DNA of 64,000 bases. Origin: an uncultured Acidobacteriota bacterium. Lineage in GTDB: Bacteria > Acidobacteriota > Thermoanaerobaculia > Gp7-AA8. Below are positions 17,677 to 25,922 of the stretch, piece after piece. Each line of letters starts with the position of its first letter. Position 1 is the first letter of the stretch. The translations under genes were made by a program, and so were the position numbers. The notes beneath the pieces were generated by a model. It ran no database searches and was not told where the DNA came from. It was given only the letters and a program-made list of their open reading frames with translations. The DNA lies in assembly GCA_963822445.1 (NCBI GenBank), contig CAWGHO010000001.1, positions 768,001-832,000 on the forward strand. The letters run 5' to 3'.

Positions 17677-18896
17677 ATGTTGAAAAAGATCTCCTGAATG
17701 TGAACGATGTACTTCAGGTTGAACAGCCACCGCAGAACCATCTTGATCGGCAGCGACATCATGATCAGGAAGAGGAACGCGCCGACGTAGTAACGGGGCG
17801 CGCCCATCTTCAGGTAGAAACGGCGGAACGGGCCTGCGGCCAGCGCCGGGGCGAGGCCGAGGTAGAGCAGGCAGAGGATGATCCCGAAGGCTTCGCGGAT
17901 GATCCAGAGCTTCGGCAGAGGCATGCCCAGCGCCTTGACCCAGATCAACTCCGACAGATCGATGTTGACCAGCGGCTCGAGCTTGTTCGGATCCCAGTAT
18001 TCGAATGGTCCGTAGAAGCTCCAGTTCGGGCCGCGCAGGAACGTGCCGGTGATGATCAGGAACGACCAGAGCACGATGAATCCGTAGAGGAAAACGATCA
18101 GCTCCCACTTCCGTTCCTTGAACGAGTAGTAGCCGTTGCCGCGCGGATTGGTGTCGATATAGGGAATGGCCATGAGGCCGACGACGATCAGGGTCGGCAG
18201 GACGACGCCGGCCAGCCAGGGATCGAAGTAGACCAGCATCTCCTGCAGCCCGAGGAAGTACCAGGGTGCTTTGGCAGGATTCGGCGAGGACGTGGGATTC
18301 GCCGCTTCTTCCAGCGGCGCGCGGAGGCCGACCGACCAGACGATCATCACGATCGTCAGGCCGATCATGCACAGCAGCTCGGTGTAGACCAGATCGGGCC
18401 AGGTGAAGAGCTTCTCGTCCGATTCGGTCTTCTCGAACGGGATGCCGCCGGTCTCCATCTGCTTGTCGTTGTAGTAGGCCTTCTTCAGCGCGATCCAGGT
18501 GAAGATCCCGAGGAGGAAGATCATCGCGCCGATGGGAACGTTGTCGGGCTTGGCGGCGATCAGATAGAAGTTCGGATCGAGCAGCGACGCCGCGAAGGCG
18601 ATCGCGCCGATGATCAGCATCCACTTGCCGACCTTGCCGTCCCACATCCGCGGACCGAGCGTGACGCAGCCCCACAGACAGAGGAAGTACGCCACCGCGA
18701 GATAGAGCAGTGGCGTGATCCAGATGCCGGCGACGAGCAGGACGACGCCGAGGATGATGAAGCCGATGCCGGTCTTCGATTTGATGCGGCCGTCGAGCAG
18801 GTTGAAGTAGACGACGAACGCGAATACCGCCGTCAGCAGGATGAACGAGATCGACGCGACCGACAGGACGTTGATGAAGTTCTTGATGAAGGTCAT
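17643..18896 (-). CDS. cytochrome b C-terminal subunit (subunit IV/PetD-like) with extra N-terminal TM helices
   Basis: WPDLVYTE, APLEEAANPTSSPNPAKAPWYFLGLQE (Qo-motif position), IPYID, GTFLRGPNW; follows the cytochrome b N-terminal gene. Confidence 0.85.
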   Translation of the reverse strand: MTFIKNFINVLSVASISFILLTAVFAFVVYFNLLDGRIKSKTGIGFIILGVVLLVAGIWITPLLYLAVAYFLCLWGCVTLGPRMWDGKVGKWMLIIGAIAFAASLLDPNFYLIAAKPDNVPIGAMIFLLGIFTWIALKKAYYNDKQMETGGIPFEKTESDEKLFTWPDLVYTELLCMIGLTIVMIVWSVGLRAPLEEAANPTSSPNPAKAPWYFLGLQEMLVYFDPWLAGVVLPTLIVVGLMAIPYIDTNPRGNGYYSFKERKWELIVFLYGFIVLWSFLIITGTFLRGPNWSFYGPFEYWDPNKLEPLVNIDLSELIWVKALGMPLPKLWIIREAFGIILCLLYLGLAPALAAGPFRRFYLKMGAPRYYVGAFLFLIMMSLPIKMVLRWLFNLKYIVHIQEIFFNIVISGQWSMVS

Positions 18897-18914
18897 CGGC
18901 GCGTCCTCATCCGC

Positions 18915-19700
18915 CTACAGCGGTCCGGAGATCCCTCCGTCTTTGCGCACGCGCCAGAAGTGAATGGCCATCAGGAATCCCGCGGCCAGCGGGATGACCA
19001 TGCAATGCAGCACGTAGAAGCGGAGCAGCGTTGCGGCCCCGATGGACCGCCCGGCTATGAGCGCAAATCGAGCGTCGTCGCCCGCGTGAATCAGCGGGAC
19101 GTCCCCCAGCTTCATGAGACTCGACATGGGCCCTTCGGTACCGGCGCCCGGGGAGGCGCGGGCCATGTTGGATCCGACCGTGATCGCCCAGATGGCGAGC
19201 TGGTCCCACGGGAGCAGGTATCCCGTGAACGAGAGAAGCAGGGTGAGGACGAGCAGGATGACGCCGACGTTCCAGTTGAACTCGCGGGGCGGCTTGTACG
19301 AGCCGGTCATGAAGACCCGGAACATGTGCAGCCAGACCGCGATGACCATGGCGTGCGCACCCCAGCGGTGCATCTCGCGCATGATCCCGAACGGCGCCTG
19401 CTCGCGCAGGTCCATGATGTCGGTGAAGGCGTATTCGATGGTCGGCCGGTAATAGAACATCAGCAGCAGGCCGGTGACCGTTTCGACGAGGAAGAGGAAG
19501 AACGACGTCCCGCCCATGCACCAGGTGTAGGACATGCGCACGCCGGAGCGCCGCACTTTGACGGGATGCAGGTGCAGGATGAGAGAACCGAGGACGGCCA
19601 GGACCCGCTTGCGGTTGGTGTTGGGGATGCCGACCCGGAAGATCGACTTCCAGATCTGCGAGTTGACGATGCCTTCCTGGACTTGCTTCAGCGTCACCAA
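18915..19700 (-). CDS. petB: cytochrome b6-like N-terminal cytochrome b subunit
   Basis: WCMGG, TGLLLMFYYRP, MHRWGAH...LHMFRVF, GYLLPWDQ, RFYVLH-x14-HF, C-terminal ISGPL. Confidence 0.9.
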   Translation of the reverse strand: MVTLKQVQEGIVNSQIWKSIFRVGIPNTNRKRVLAVLGSLILHLHPVKVRRSGVRMSYTWCMGGTSFFLFLVETVTGLLLMFYYRPTIEYAFTDIMDLREQAPFGIMREMHRWGAHAMVIAVWLHMFRVFMTGSYKPPREFNWNVGVILLVLTLLLSFTGYLLPWDQLAIWAITVGSNMARASPGAGTEGPMSSLMKLGDVPLIHAGDDARFALIAGRSIGAATLLRFYVLHCMVIPLAAGFLMAIHFWRVRKDGGISGPL

Positions 19701-19725
19701 AATCCCCCGTCCGCCGCGATTTGCC

Positions 19726-20298
19726 CTAGACCTTCAAAAAAGAATCGGGATTCGTCCACTCTCCGCGCTCGCCGAAGAACTTCACGGACTTGTCGACCAG
19801 GATCTGTCCGTCGGCCGGATCGATCGCGATCTTCACCCGCTCGAGAGGGCGCGGCGCCGGGCCTTCGAAATTCATCCCGGTCCGGTAGTAGCCGCTGCCG
19901 TGGCAGGGGCATTTGAACTTGTTCTGTGAGGGAAGCCAGTTCGGCGTGCAGCCGAGGTGGGTGCAGGTCGTGTCGAGGGCGTACATGATCCCCTCGCTGC
20001 GCACGATCCAGATGCCGAACCGCTCTTTCCAGCGCTCGTCCACTTCGCCGGCCGAGTAGTCGCTGGGGAAGCCGGCCTTGAACTTCTGCACCGGCTCGAA
20101 GAGGACGTTGGGGAAAAGGAACCGGACCATCATGCTGGTCAGCCCCCCCACCGCGGCTGCCAGGGCCACCCAGGCGGTGGTCAGGGCGAAGGGAAATTTG
20201 CGCCGGGTGATCTCCCCCTGTTCGCGGATCTCCGCCGCCGCGCTCCCTGCGAGCGGGGTCTTCGGATTCACTTGATATGGCGTGATTTGCTCAGACAT
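19726..20298 (-). CDS. Rieske 2Fe-2S subunit of a Rieske/cytochrome b complex
   Basis: Twin-arginine TRRKF plus TM helix, CTHLGC, CPCHGSGY, GPAPRPL; start MSEQITP at 20298. Confidence 0.93.
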   Translation of the reverse strand: MSEQITPYQVNPKTPLAGSAAAEIREQGEITRRKFPFALTTAWVALAAAVGGLTSMMVRFLFPNVLFEPVQKFKAGFPSDYSAGEVDERWKERFGIWIVRSEGIMYALDTTCTHLGCTPNWLPSQNKFKCPCHGSGYYRTGMNFEGPAPRPLERVKIAIDPADGQILVDKSVKFFGERGEWTNPDSFLKV

Positions 20299-20332
20299 TC
20301 GGAGAACAATTTCTGAGACGCGGTGCGGCGGT

Positions 20333-20361
20333 ACTATCGGTGAAAACGGAAAGGGTGTCAA
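20333..20361 (-). promoter_or_regulatory. candidate sigma70 promoter for the Rieske-cytochrome b-oxidase operon
   Basis: Minus strand TTGACA (20361-20356), 17-nt spacer, GATAGT (20338-20333), about 35 nt upstream of the Rieske ATG. Confidence 0.6.
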
Positions 20362-20405
20362 CGGCTGATTTCTTGCTGTGCACTGAAGTCGAAAGGGCAA
20401 CGTAA

Positions 20406-20720
20406 ATGAAATACACAGCGACTCTTGCGGCCACACTCGTCCTGCTCCTCGGCGCCTGTTCCGAGAAGTCAGAAACCCACACAACCGCCGATGACACGAC
20501 CACCGTCTCGACCAGCACGGTCTCGTCCGAGACGGTGTCCGTCGACACCGCCGCGGTCGGCACCGCCGTAGATGCGGCCGGAGACGCGGCAAGAGATGCC
20601 GCGCACGCCACCGGAACGGCCATGGAGACGGCCGGCAAGGAAATCCAGAAGGAAGCGAAGGAATCGAAGGCCGAGGACAAGGCCGAGGACGCGAAGGAAA
20701 AGAAACCGCCGACGCAGTAG
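20406..20720 (+). CDS. small low-complexity lipoprotein
   Basis: MKY...LLLGAC lipobox, Thr/Ala/Glu/Lys-rich body. Confidence 0.75.
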   Translation: MKYTATLAATLVLLLGACSEKSETHTTADDTTTVSTSTVSSETVSVDTAAVGTAVDAAGDAARDAAHATGTAMETAGKEIQKEAKESKAEDKAEDAKEKKPPTQ

Positions 20721-20724
20721 CGGC

Positions 20725-21576
20725 TTAACGCGCCGTGCTCAACGCTTCTTTGGCCGCGGAGCGCACCTGCAGCGACAGGTCGCTCTGCGCGAGGGGCGTG
20801 AGCACGGCCCTCGCCTCTCCCGGCGCGAGCTTCATCAGCGCCGGAATGCCCGCCAGCATGACCGCTTCTTTCTGATCGGGGCGCATGCCTTCGATCCGAT
20901 CGAGGCGCGAGCGGTCGAGCATCTCCCGCACCACGCCGATGGCCCGGGTGTCGCCGAAACGGGCCATGGCCACGGCGGCATTGAACCGCACATCCGCGGT
21001 CTGATCGCTCAGAGCGGCGGCCAGCGCCGGAACCGCGCGGGCATCGCCCATCTCACCCAGCGCGTACGCCGCGGCCTTGCGGACGTCGCGCTCATCGGCC
21101 TGGAGCGCCTTCAGGAGAGGCGGCAACGCCGCCGGGTCGCGCAGACGGCCGAGTGCCAGGATGGCGTAGATCTGCGTCTCCACGTCCCTGTCGCCGAGCG
21201 CCTCGACGAGCAGGGGCGTGGCCCGGCGATCCCCGAGATTGCCGAGGACCATGGAGAGATACCTCCGCACCCGCGGATCGTCATCCTTCGACGCCCGATA
21301 CACGGCGGCGACGTTGTTCACCAGATCGGGATGCTTCTTCGCCTCACCGGCATTGATCAACTGCGAAAGCTGATACGCCGCCTGCCACCGCTCCCGCTGC
21401 CCGCCGTAACGGACTTCGTTCAGATACTCGGGAATGGTCTGCTCGTCAGCGGCCAGACGTCCGAAGAGGAAGAAGATCCCCACCGCCACGGCGACGATGC
21501 CGAGGGGGAAGAAGACGAACTGGAAGAGGATCGTTTTCGGGGATTCTTTGGGGATGTCGGACGAGGAATCGGTCAT
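20725..21576 (-). CDS. membrane-anchored HEAT (PBS-lyase-like) repeat protein
   Basis: N-terminal TM; repeats such as VRKAAAYALGEMGD and VRFNAAVAMARFGD. Confidence 0.88.
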   Translation of the reverse strand: MTDSSSDIPKESPKTILFQFVFFPLGIVAVAVGIFFLFGRLAADEQTIPEYLNEVRYGGQRERWQAAYQLSQLINAGEAKKHPDLVNNVAAVYRASKDDDPRVRRYLSMVLGNLGDRRATPLLVEALGDRDVETQIYAILALGRLRDPAALPPLLKALQADERDVRKAAAYALGEMGDARAVPALAAALSDQTADVRFNAAVAMARFGDTRAIGVVREMLDRSRLDRIEGMRPDQKEAVMLAGIPALMKLAPGEARAVLTPLAQSDLSLQVRSAAKEALSTAR

Positions 21577-21583
21577 TCAGAAA

Positions 21584-22057
21584 TCAGCGGCCCGTCCCCA
21601 TCACCACGAAGTCCGGGAGATAGGTCTTGAGCTGGGTGGGGGCGTCGGGGACGACGATCGCGTCCTTGTCGCAGACGCTCTCGCAGAGGCGGCAGGCAAC
21701 GCACTTGTTCTTGTCGACGAAGGCGATCTTGTAGTGATTGGCGAGCGTCTCGTCGTTCGGCTCGATCATCTTGATGCACTCGAACGGGCAGATGTCGACG
21801 CAGAACTCGCACCCCGTGCAGAGGTCCTTGATCACCTCGGCCTTGGGGATGTCCTTCGGCTTGATGCGATTGATGATCTCGCCATGCTGGTTCTGGATGG
21901 CGTCCACCGGGCAGTAAATGCCGCAGACCGAGCAGTCGATGCAGCGCTCGGGGTGGATGTAGTACTGCCCTTTGCTCTCACCCCAGATCGTGTTGGTCGG
22001 GCACTTGATCTCGCAGACCGTGCAGCCGATGCATTTGTCGGTGATGAAGTGGGGCAT
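21584..22057 (-). CDS. polyferredoxin with four 4Fe-4S motifs
   Basis: CIGCTVCEIKCP, CIDCSVCGIYCP, CTGCEFCVDICP, CVACRLCESVCD. Confidence 0.92.
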   Translation of the reverse strand: MPHFITDKCIGCTVCEIKCPTNTIWGESKGQYYIHPERCIDCSVCGIYCPVDAIQNQHGEIINRIKPKDIPKAEVIKDLCTGCEFCVDICPFECIKMIEPNDETLANHYKIAFVDKNKCVACRLCESVCDKDAIVVPDAPTQLKTYLPDFVVMGTGR

Positions 22058-22072
22058 GTTGGCGGGAACAGT

Positions 22073-22456
22073 CTACACGCTGAGCAATTCCGAGATGGTC
22101 TTGATCAGGTGCGACGACTGGATGGGTTTGCTGATGTAGGCGTTGGCGCCGAGGGCCAGGCCGCGCTCGCGGTCCTCCTCGGCTCCTTCCGTGGTGATGA
22201 TGATGATGGGGATGTTCTTGAGCTGCGCGTTCTGGCGGACCAGCGAGACCAGCTTGAGGCCGTCCATCACCGGCATGTTGATGTCGGTGAGGATCAGATC
22301 GATCTTGTCGGGGCCGGACAGCTTCTTGAGCGCGTCCACGCCGTCGACCGCCTCGATGATCTTCGCGTTCTTGAATCGCTTGAGCGAAAACGAGATCAAC
22401 TGACGCATGGTCGGCGAGTCTTCGACGACCAGAAAGTTGGCGTTTTCCATCCCCAC
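22073..22456 (-). CDS. cheY: CheY-like single-domain response regulator
   Basis: LVVEDS, ILTDINMPVMDG, ITTE, YISKP; lies in the che cluster. Confidence 0.88.
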   Translation of the reverse strand: MGMENANFLVVEDSPTMRQLISFSLKRFKNAKIIEAVDGVDALKKLSGPDKIDLILTDINMPVMDGLKLVSLVRQNAQLKNIPIIIITTEGAEEDRERGLALGANAYISKPIQSSHLIKTISELLSV

Positions 22457-22477
22457 TTCGTCAGTACCTCTCTCTTC

Positions 22478-23287
22478 TTAGCTCGTGGTGGTCAGCAGGT
22501 CGAGGAAGCTCTGGATCGTATTCAGCTTCCGCTCGGACTGTGAATAGAGTTTCGACGAGAAGATCGCCGTGGCCGCGTGCGCCGCGAGCAAGGAGAACAG
22601 CTCGTAGTCGACCGCGGAGAAGGCGTCCTTCTGCTGCAGGAGCTTGTAGATCACGATGAGGCCGATCACATGCTCCTTGATCTTGAGGGGCACCGCGGCG
22701 AGCGGCTTCTCGAGGGTGATCCCGCCGCCGTCGACATCCTGGTTGATGTAGTAGCTCTCGCCGGTCTTGGCGACCGTCCCGAGAATGCCTTCGCCCAGCC
22801 GCGCCGACATCTGGTCGACGCCGGGCATCATGTCCTCGCCTTCCGAGGCGATGGCCTTGAGCTCGTTGGTCTTCTCGTCGAGGAGCAGGATCGCGAACGT
22901 CTCCGCGCCGACGAGATTGATGACGATCTCCTGCACGATCTGGATGACTTCCCGGAAGTCGAGCGTGGAGTGGAGCTGGTAGCTGGCCACGTAGAGGTTG
23001 GCCAGGTTGTTGTTCTGCTCTTCGATCTCGATGTAGCGGTTCGCGAAGTCCTTGTTCTCTTCCTCGACCTCGCGGAAACGCTGCTGGATGCGGCGGTTCT
23101 CCTCGGCTAGATGGGAGATCTGTTCGCGGAGCCGCGCTAATTCGTCGTTCGAGACGTTGCTCTGCTCGGTCTCGAGCGAGGCCAGGCGGTAACGGAGCTT
23201 CTGGTTCTCGCGAAGGAGCTCTTCGGTGAACTCCTTCCCCTTGTTGAACAGCTCCAGAAACTTTTCAGCTTTCTGTTCTTCACTCAT
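22478..23287 (-). CDS. coiled-coil plus GAF domain protein
   Basis: Start MSEEQKAEKF at 23287; heptad-rich N-half, LYVASYQLHSTLDF, LAAVPLKI, DYELFSLLAAHAATAI. Confidence 0.85.
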   Translation of the reverse strand: MSEEQKAEKFLELFNKGKEFTEELLRENQKLRYRLASLETEQSNVSNDELARLREQISHLAEENRRIQQRFREVEEENKDFANRYIEIEEQNNNLANLYVASYQLHSTLDFREVIQIVQEIVINLVGAETFAILLLDEKTNELKAIASEGEDMMPGVDQMSARLGEGILGTVAKTGESYYINQDVDGGGITLEKPLAAVPLKIKEHVIGLIVIYKLLQQKDAFSAVDYELFSLLAAHAATAIFSSKLYSQSERKLNTIQSFLDLLTTTS

Positions 23288-23345
23288 GTTGGATCGGACC
23301 CGCGAGACGGCTGAATGTAGCACACGTCGCGAGGCAGGCAAGCAC

Positions 23346-24407
23346 TCAACCCGTGCACAATTTTCGGATGGCATCGGGAATCGCGGACAGGGCGAGCACT
23401 TCATCCACCGCCCCGGTCTTGATCGCCTCGGCCGGCATCCCGAAAATGATGGCGCTTTCCGACGACTCGGCGATGGTCTTGCCGCCGCGTTCATGTACGT
23501 CCCGGATCGCCTCCGAGCCGTCGTCGCCCATCCCGGTCATGATCACCGCGACCAGCTTGTCGTTGCAGGCTTCGGCGGCGCTGCGCAGCAGACGATCGAC
23601 GGACGGCGCGTAAAGGTCGCTGAGTCCGGCCGGGAACACGCGAACCTGCAACCCTTCCGGAATCCGCCGGACCTCGGTCTGCGATCCGCCCGGCGCGATG
23701 TAGACCGTGCCCGGGACGATGAACTCCCCGTCGCTCGCTTCCTTCACCTCGTACGCCGAGAGCTTGTTCACCCGCTCGGCGAACAGCCGGGTGAACGTCG
23801 GCGGCATGTGCTGGGCGACGACGAACGGAACCGGGAGCAGCGGCAGCGACTGGAAGACGTGCTGCAGCGCAGGCGGCCCGCCTGTCGAGCATCCGATCGC
23901 GACCAGCTCGATGTTTTTCGGGCAGGACTCGGGAACCTCACCGCCCTTCGGCTTGAGATCGTCGTCGCTGGCGTAGCGCGGGGTGAGGCGGCGGAGGTTC
24001 TCCATCCGCAGCTCGGTGACCTGAAAGATCTTGGCGACCAGATCGCGCTGAATCTCCTCGAGGCGCGGCGAGACGCGGCCACCGGGCTTGGCGATGAAGT
24101 CGACCGCGCCGAGCTCGAGGGCCTTGAACACGCTGCGGTCGCTGGAGCGCGAGGAGACAGCGATGACTGCCGTGGGCAGGTTCACCATCAGCCAGCGCAG
24201 AAAGGCGAAGCCGTCCATGATCGGCATCTCGAGGTCGAGCGTGATCACGTCCGGCCGGTGCTTCATGGCCTGCTTGATCCCGTCCTCGCCGTTCACGGCC
24301 GTGCCCACGACCTTGATCCGCGGCTCGGCTTCGAGCATACGGGTGATCGTCACGCGGTTGTACGCGGAGTCATCGATCACGAGCGCGCGGATGGGAAGGG
24401 ACGACAC
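23346..24407 (-). CDS. cheB: chemotaxis methylesterase CheB
   Basis: Receiver domain plus GCSTGGP, QHMPP, IAPGG, PSVD, MTGMGDDG, FGMP. Confidence 0.95.
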   Translation of the reverse strand: MSSLPIRALVIDDSAYNRVTITRMLEAEPRIKVVGTAVNGEDGIKQAMKHRPDVITLDLEMPIMDGFAFLRWLMVNLPTAVIAVSSRSSDRSVFKALELGAVDFIAKPGGRVSPRLEEIQRDLVAKIFQVTELRMENLRRLTPRYASDDDLKPKGGEVPESCPKNIELVAIGCSTGGPPALQHVFQSLPLLPVPFVVAQHMPPTFTRLFAERVNKLSAYEVKEASDGEFIVPGTVYIAPGGSQTEVRRIPEGLQVRVFPAGLSDLYAPSVDRLLRSAAEACNDKLVAVIMTGMGDDGSEAIRDVHERGGKTIAESSESAIIFGMPAEAIKTGAVDEVLALSAIPDAIRKLCTG

Positions 24408-24416
24408 GCGCGAATT

Positions 24417-25823
24417 CTATGTCGAGGGATCGAAACCCAAGGCACTCAACATCCCGCTGATGCCGGCCTTATCGACTGCCTTCATGTATGCCTCGCGCGG
24501 CTCGATCACCTTCCGCCGCACGAGGTCGGTCAGGCTGTCGTTCATCATGCCCATGCCCTGCTTCCGCGACGTCTGCATGATCGACGGAATCTGAAAGATC
24601 TTCGCTTCGCGAATGAGGTTCGCGATCGGCTGGGTTCCCATCATGACCTCGAGCGCCGGCACGCGCCCGCCGCCGATCTTCTTGCAGAGCACCTGGCTGA
24701 TCACGCCCTTGAGACTGGAAGCGAGCATGACCCGGATCTGCTCCTGACGGTCGGCCGGAAACTGATCGATGATCCGATCGACTGTCGATGCCGCCGACGA
24801 GGTGTGCAGCGTGCCGAACACGAGATGTCCGGTTTCCGCGGTCTCCAGCGCGATCGACACGGTCTCCAGGTCGCGCATCTCACCGACCAGGACGACGTCC
24901 GGATCTTCGCGCAAGGCCGCGCGCAGCGCGTCTTTGAACGAGTCGGTGTGCTCGCCGACCTGACGCTGGTTGACCAGACATTTCTTGTTCTCGTGCACGA
25001 ACTCGATCGGGTCCTCGATGGTGATGACGTGATCGTTGCGGTGCCGGTTGATGTAGTCGACGAGCGCGGTCAGCGTCGTCGACTTGCCGGAACCGGTCGG
25101 CCCCGTCACCAGCACGAGACCTTTGGAGAGATTGCAGAGATCGAGGATCTCCTTCGAAAGCCCCATCTCCTCGGCGGTCATGATCCGGCTCGGAATCACG
25201 CGAAAGACCGCGCCCATGCCCTTCCGGTCCATGAAGAAATTGCAGCGGAAGCGCGCCAGACCCTCGATCTCGTAAGCGAAGTCGGTGTCGTTGCGGCGGC
25301 GGAACTCCTCGCGATTCCGTTCCGGCGTGATGGGCCAGAGGATGCGCTCCACATCCGCGGCGGTCAACTGGTTCCGGCCGGGCATGACCTTCATCTCGCC
25401 GTCGTGGCGCACCATCGGCACGGAGGCGGAGGACATGTGCAGATCGGAGGCGTTGATCTCGACCATCTGCCTGAAGAGCGAGTCCATCTCCGCGGTCGGA
25501 GATCGTTCCTCGGTGACCAGCGCGAGTCGCGGCGCGGAGTCATCGAAGTAAAACGACGCCGTCCCGGTCTCGGCAACCACGCGAATGCGGCCAAGGTCGC
25601 GGTGGCGCACGGTCCACTCGGCATGGCCCTTCGCAAGCGCGTCGCGCTGTGCCGGCGGTACCACCGGCGCGATGACGCTCTGAATCTGCTCGGCGGTCAC
25701 CTGCGGGCCGTCGAGCTCATGCTTTCCGTCGGAGGTAACGATGGTGATGCGGCGGGCCGGCGCAAGATGCATTTCGCGGCCCCCCGCGTCGGCTGCTTTG
25801 CGGAGGAGGTTTTCGAGTGACAT
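24417..25823 (-). CDS. pilT: type IV pilus retraction ATPase PilT with duplicated N-terminal domain
   Basis: ASDLHM, GPTGSGKSTT, TIEDPIE, ALREDPDVVLVGEMRD, AETGHLVFGTLHT, IANLIRE. Confidence 0.92.
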   Translation of the reverse strand: MSLENLLRKAADAGGREMHLAPARRITIVTSDGKHELDGPQVTAEQIQSVIAPVVPPAQRDALAKGHAEWTVRHRDLGRIRVVAETGTASFYFDDSAPRLALVTEERSPTAEMDSLFRQMVEINASDLHMSSASVPMVRHDGEMKVMPGRNQLTAADVERILWPITPERNREEFRRRNDTDFAYEIEGLARFRCNFFMDRKGMGAVFRVIPSRIMTAEEMGLSKEILDLCNLSKGLVLVTGPTGSGKSTTLTALVDYINRHRNDHVITIEDPIEFVHENKKCLVNQRQVGEHTDSFKDALRAALREDPDVVLVGEMRDLETVSIALETAETGHLVFGTLHTSSAASTVDRIIDQFPADRQEQIRVMLASSLKGVISQVLCKKIGGGRVPALEVMMGTQPIANLIREAKIFQIPSIMQTSRKQGMGMMNDSLTDLVRRKVIEPREAYMKAVDKAGISGMLSALGFDPST

Positions 25824-25839
25824 GTCCTCCTGCCTAAGC

Positions 25840-25854
25840 GCAAGCCTGGCACCA
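25840..25854 (-). promoter_or_regulatory. possible sigma54-type -24/-12 element upstream of pilT
   Basis: Minus strand TGGTGC-N5-TTGC with correct GG/GC spacing, just upstream of the GGAGG RBS; it would leave a very short leader. Confidence 0.3.
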
Positions 25855-25885
25855 GCGTTCTGCTCTCGTGGAAGGCCCGCGAGGC

Positions 25886-25922
25886 CCGTGTCGAAATCGG
25901 AAAGCGTCCAGTTTCGATACGG
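25886..25922 (-). other. stem-loop immediately after the DyP stop codon
   Basis: CCGTGTCGAAA ... TTTCGATACGG inverted repeat; no U-tract. Confidence 0.45.

Noticed and set aside
14350-19916. Very long plus-strand ORFs (791 aa, 738 aa) and similar ones such as 23226..25820
   Set aside because: Antisense shadows of well-supported minus-strand genes, expected at high GC; no recognisable motifs.
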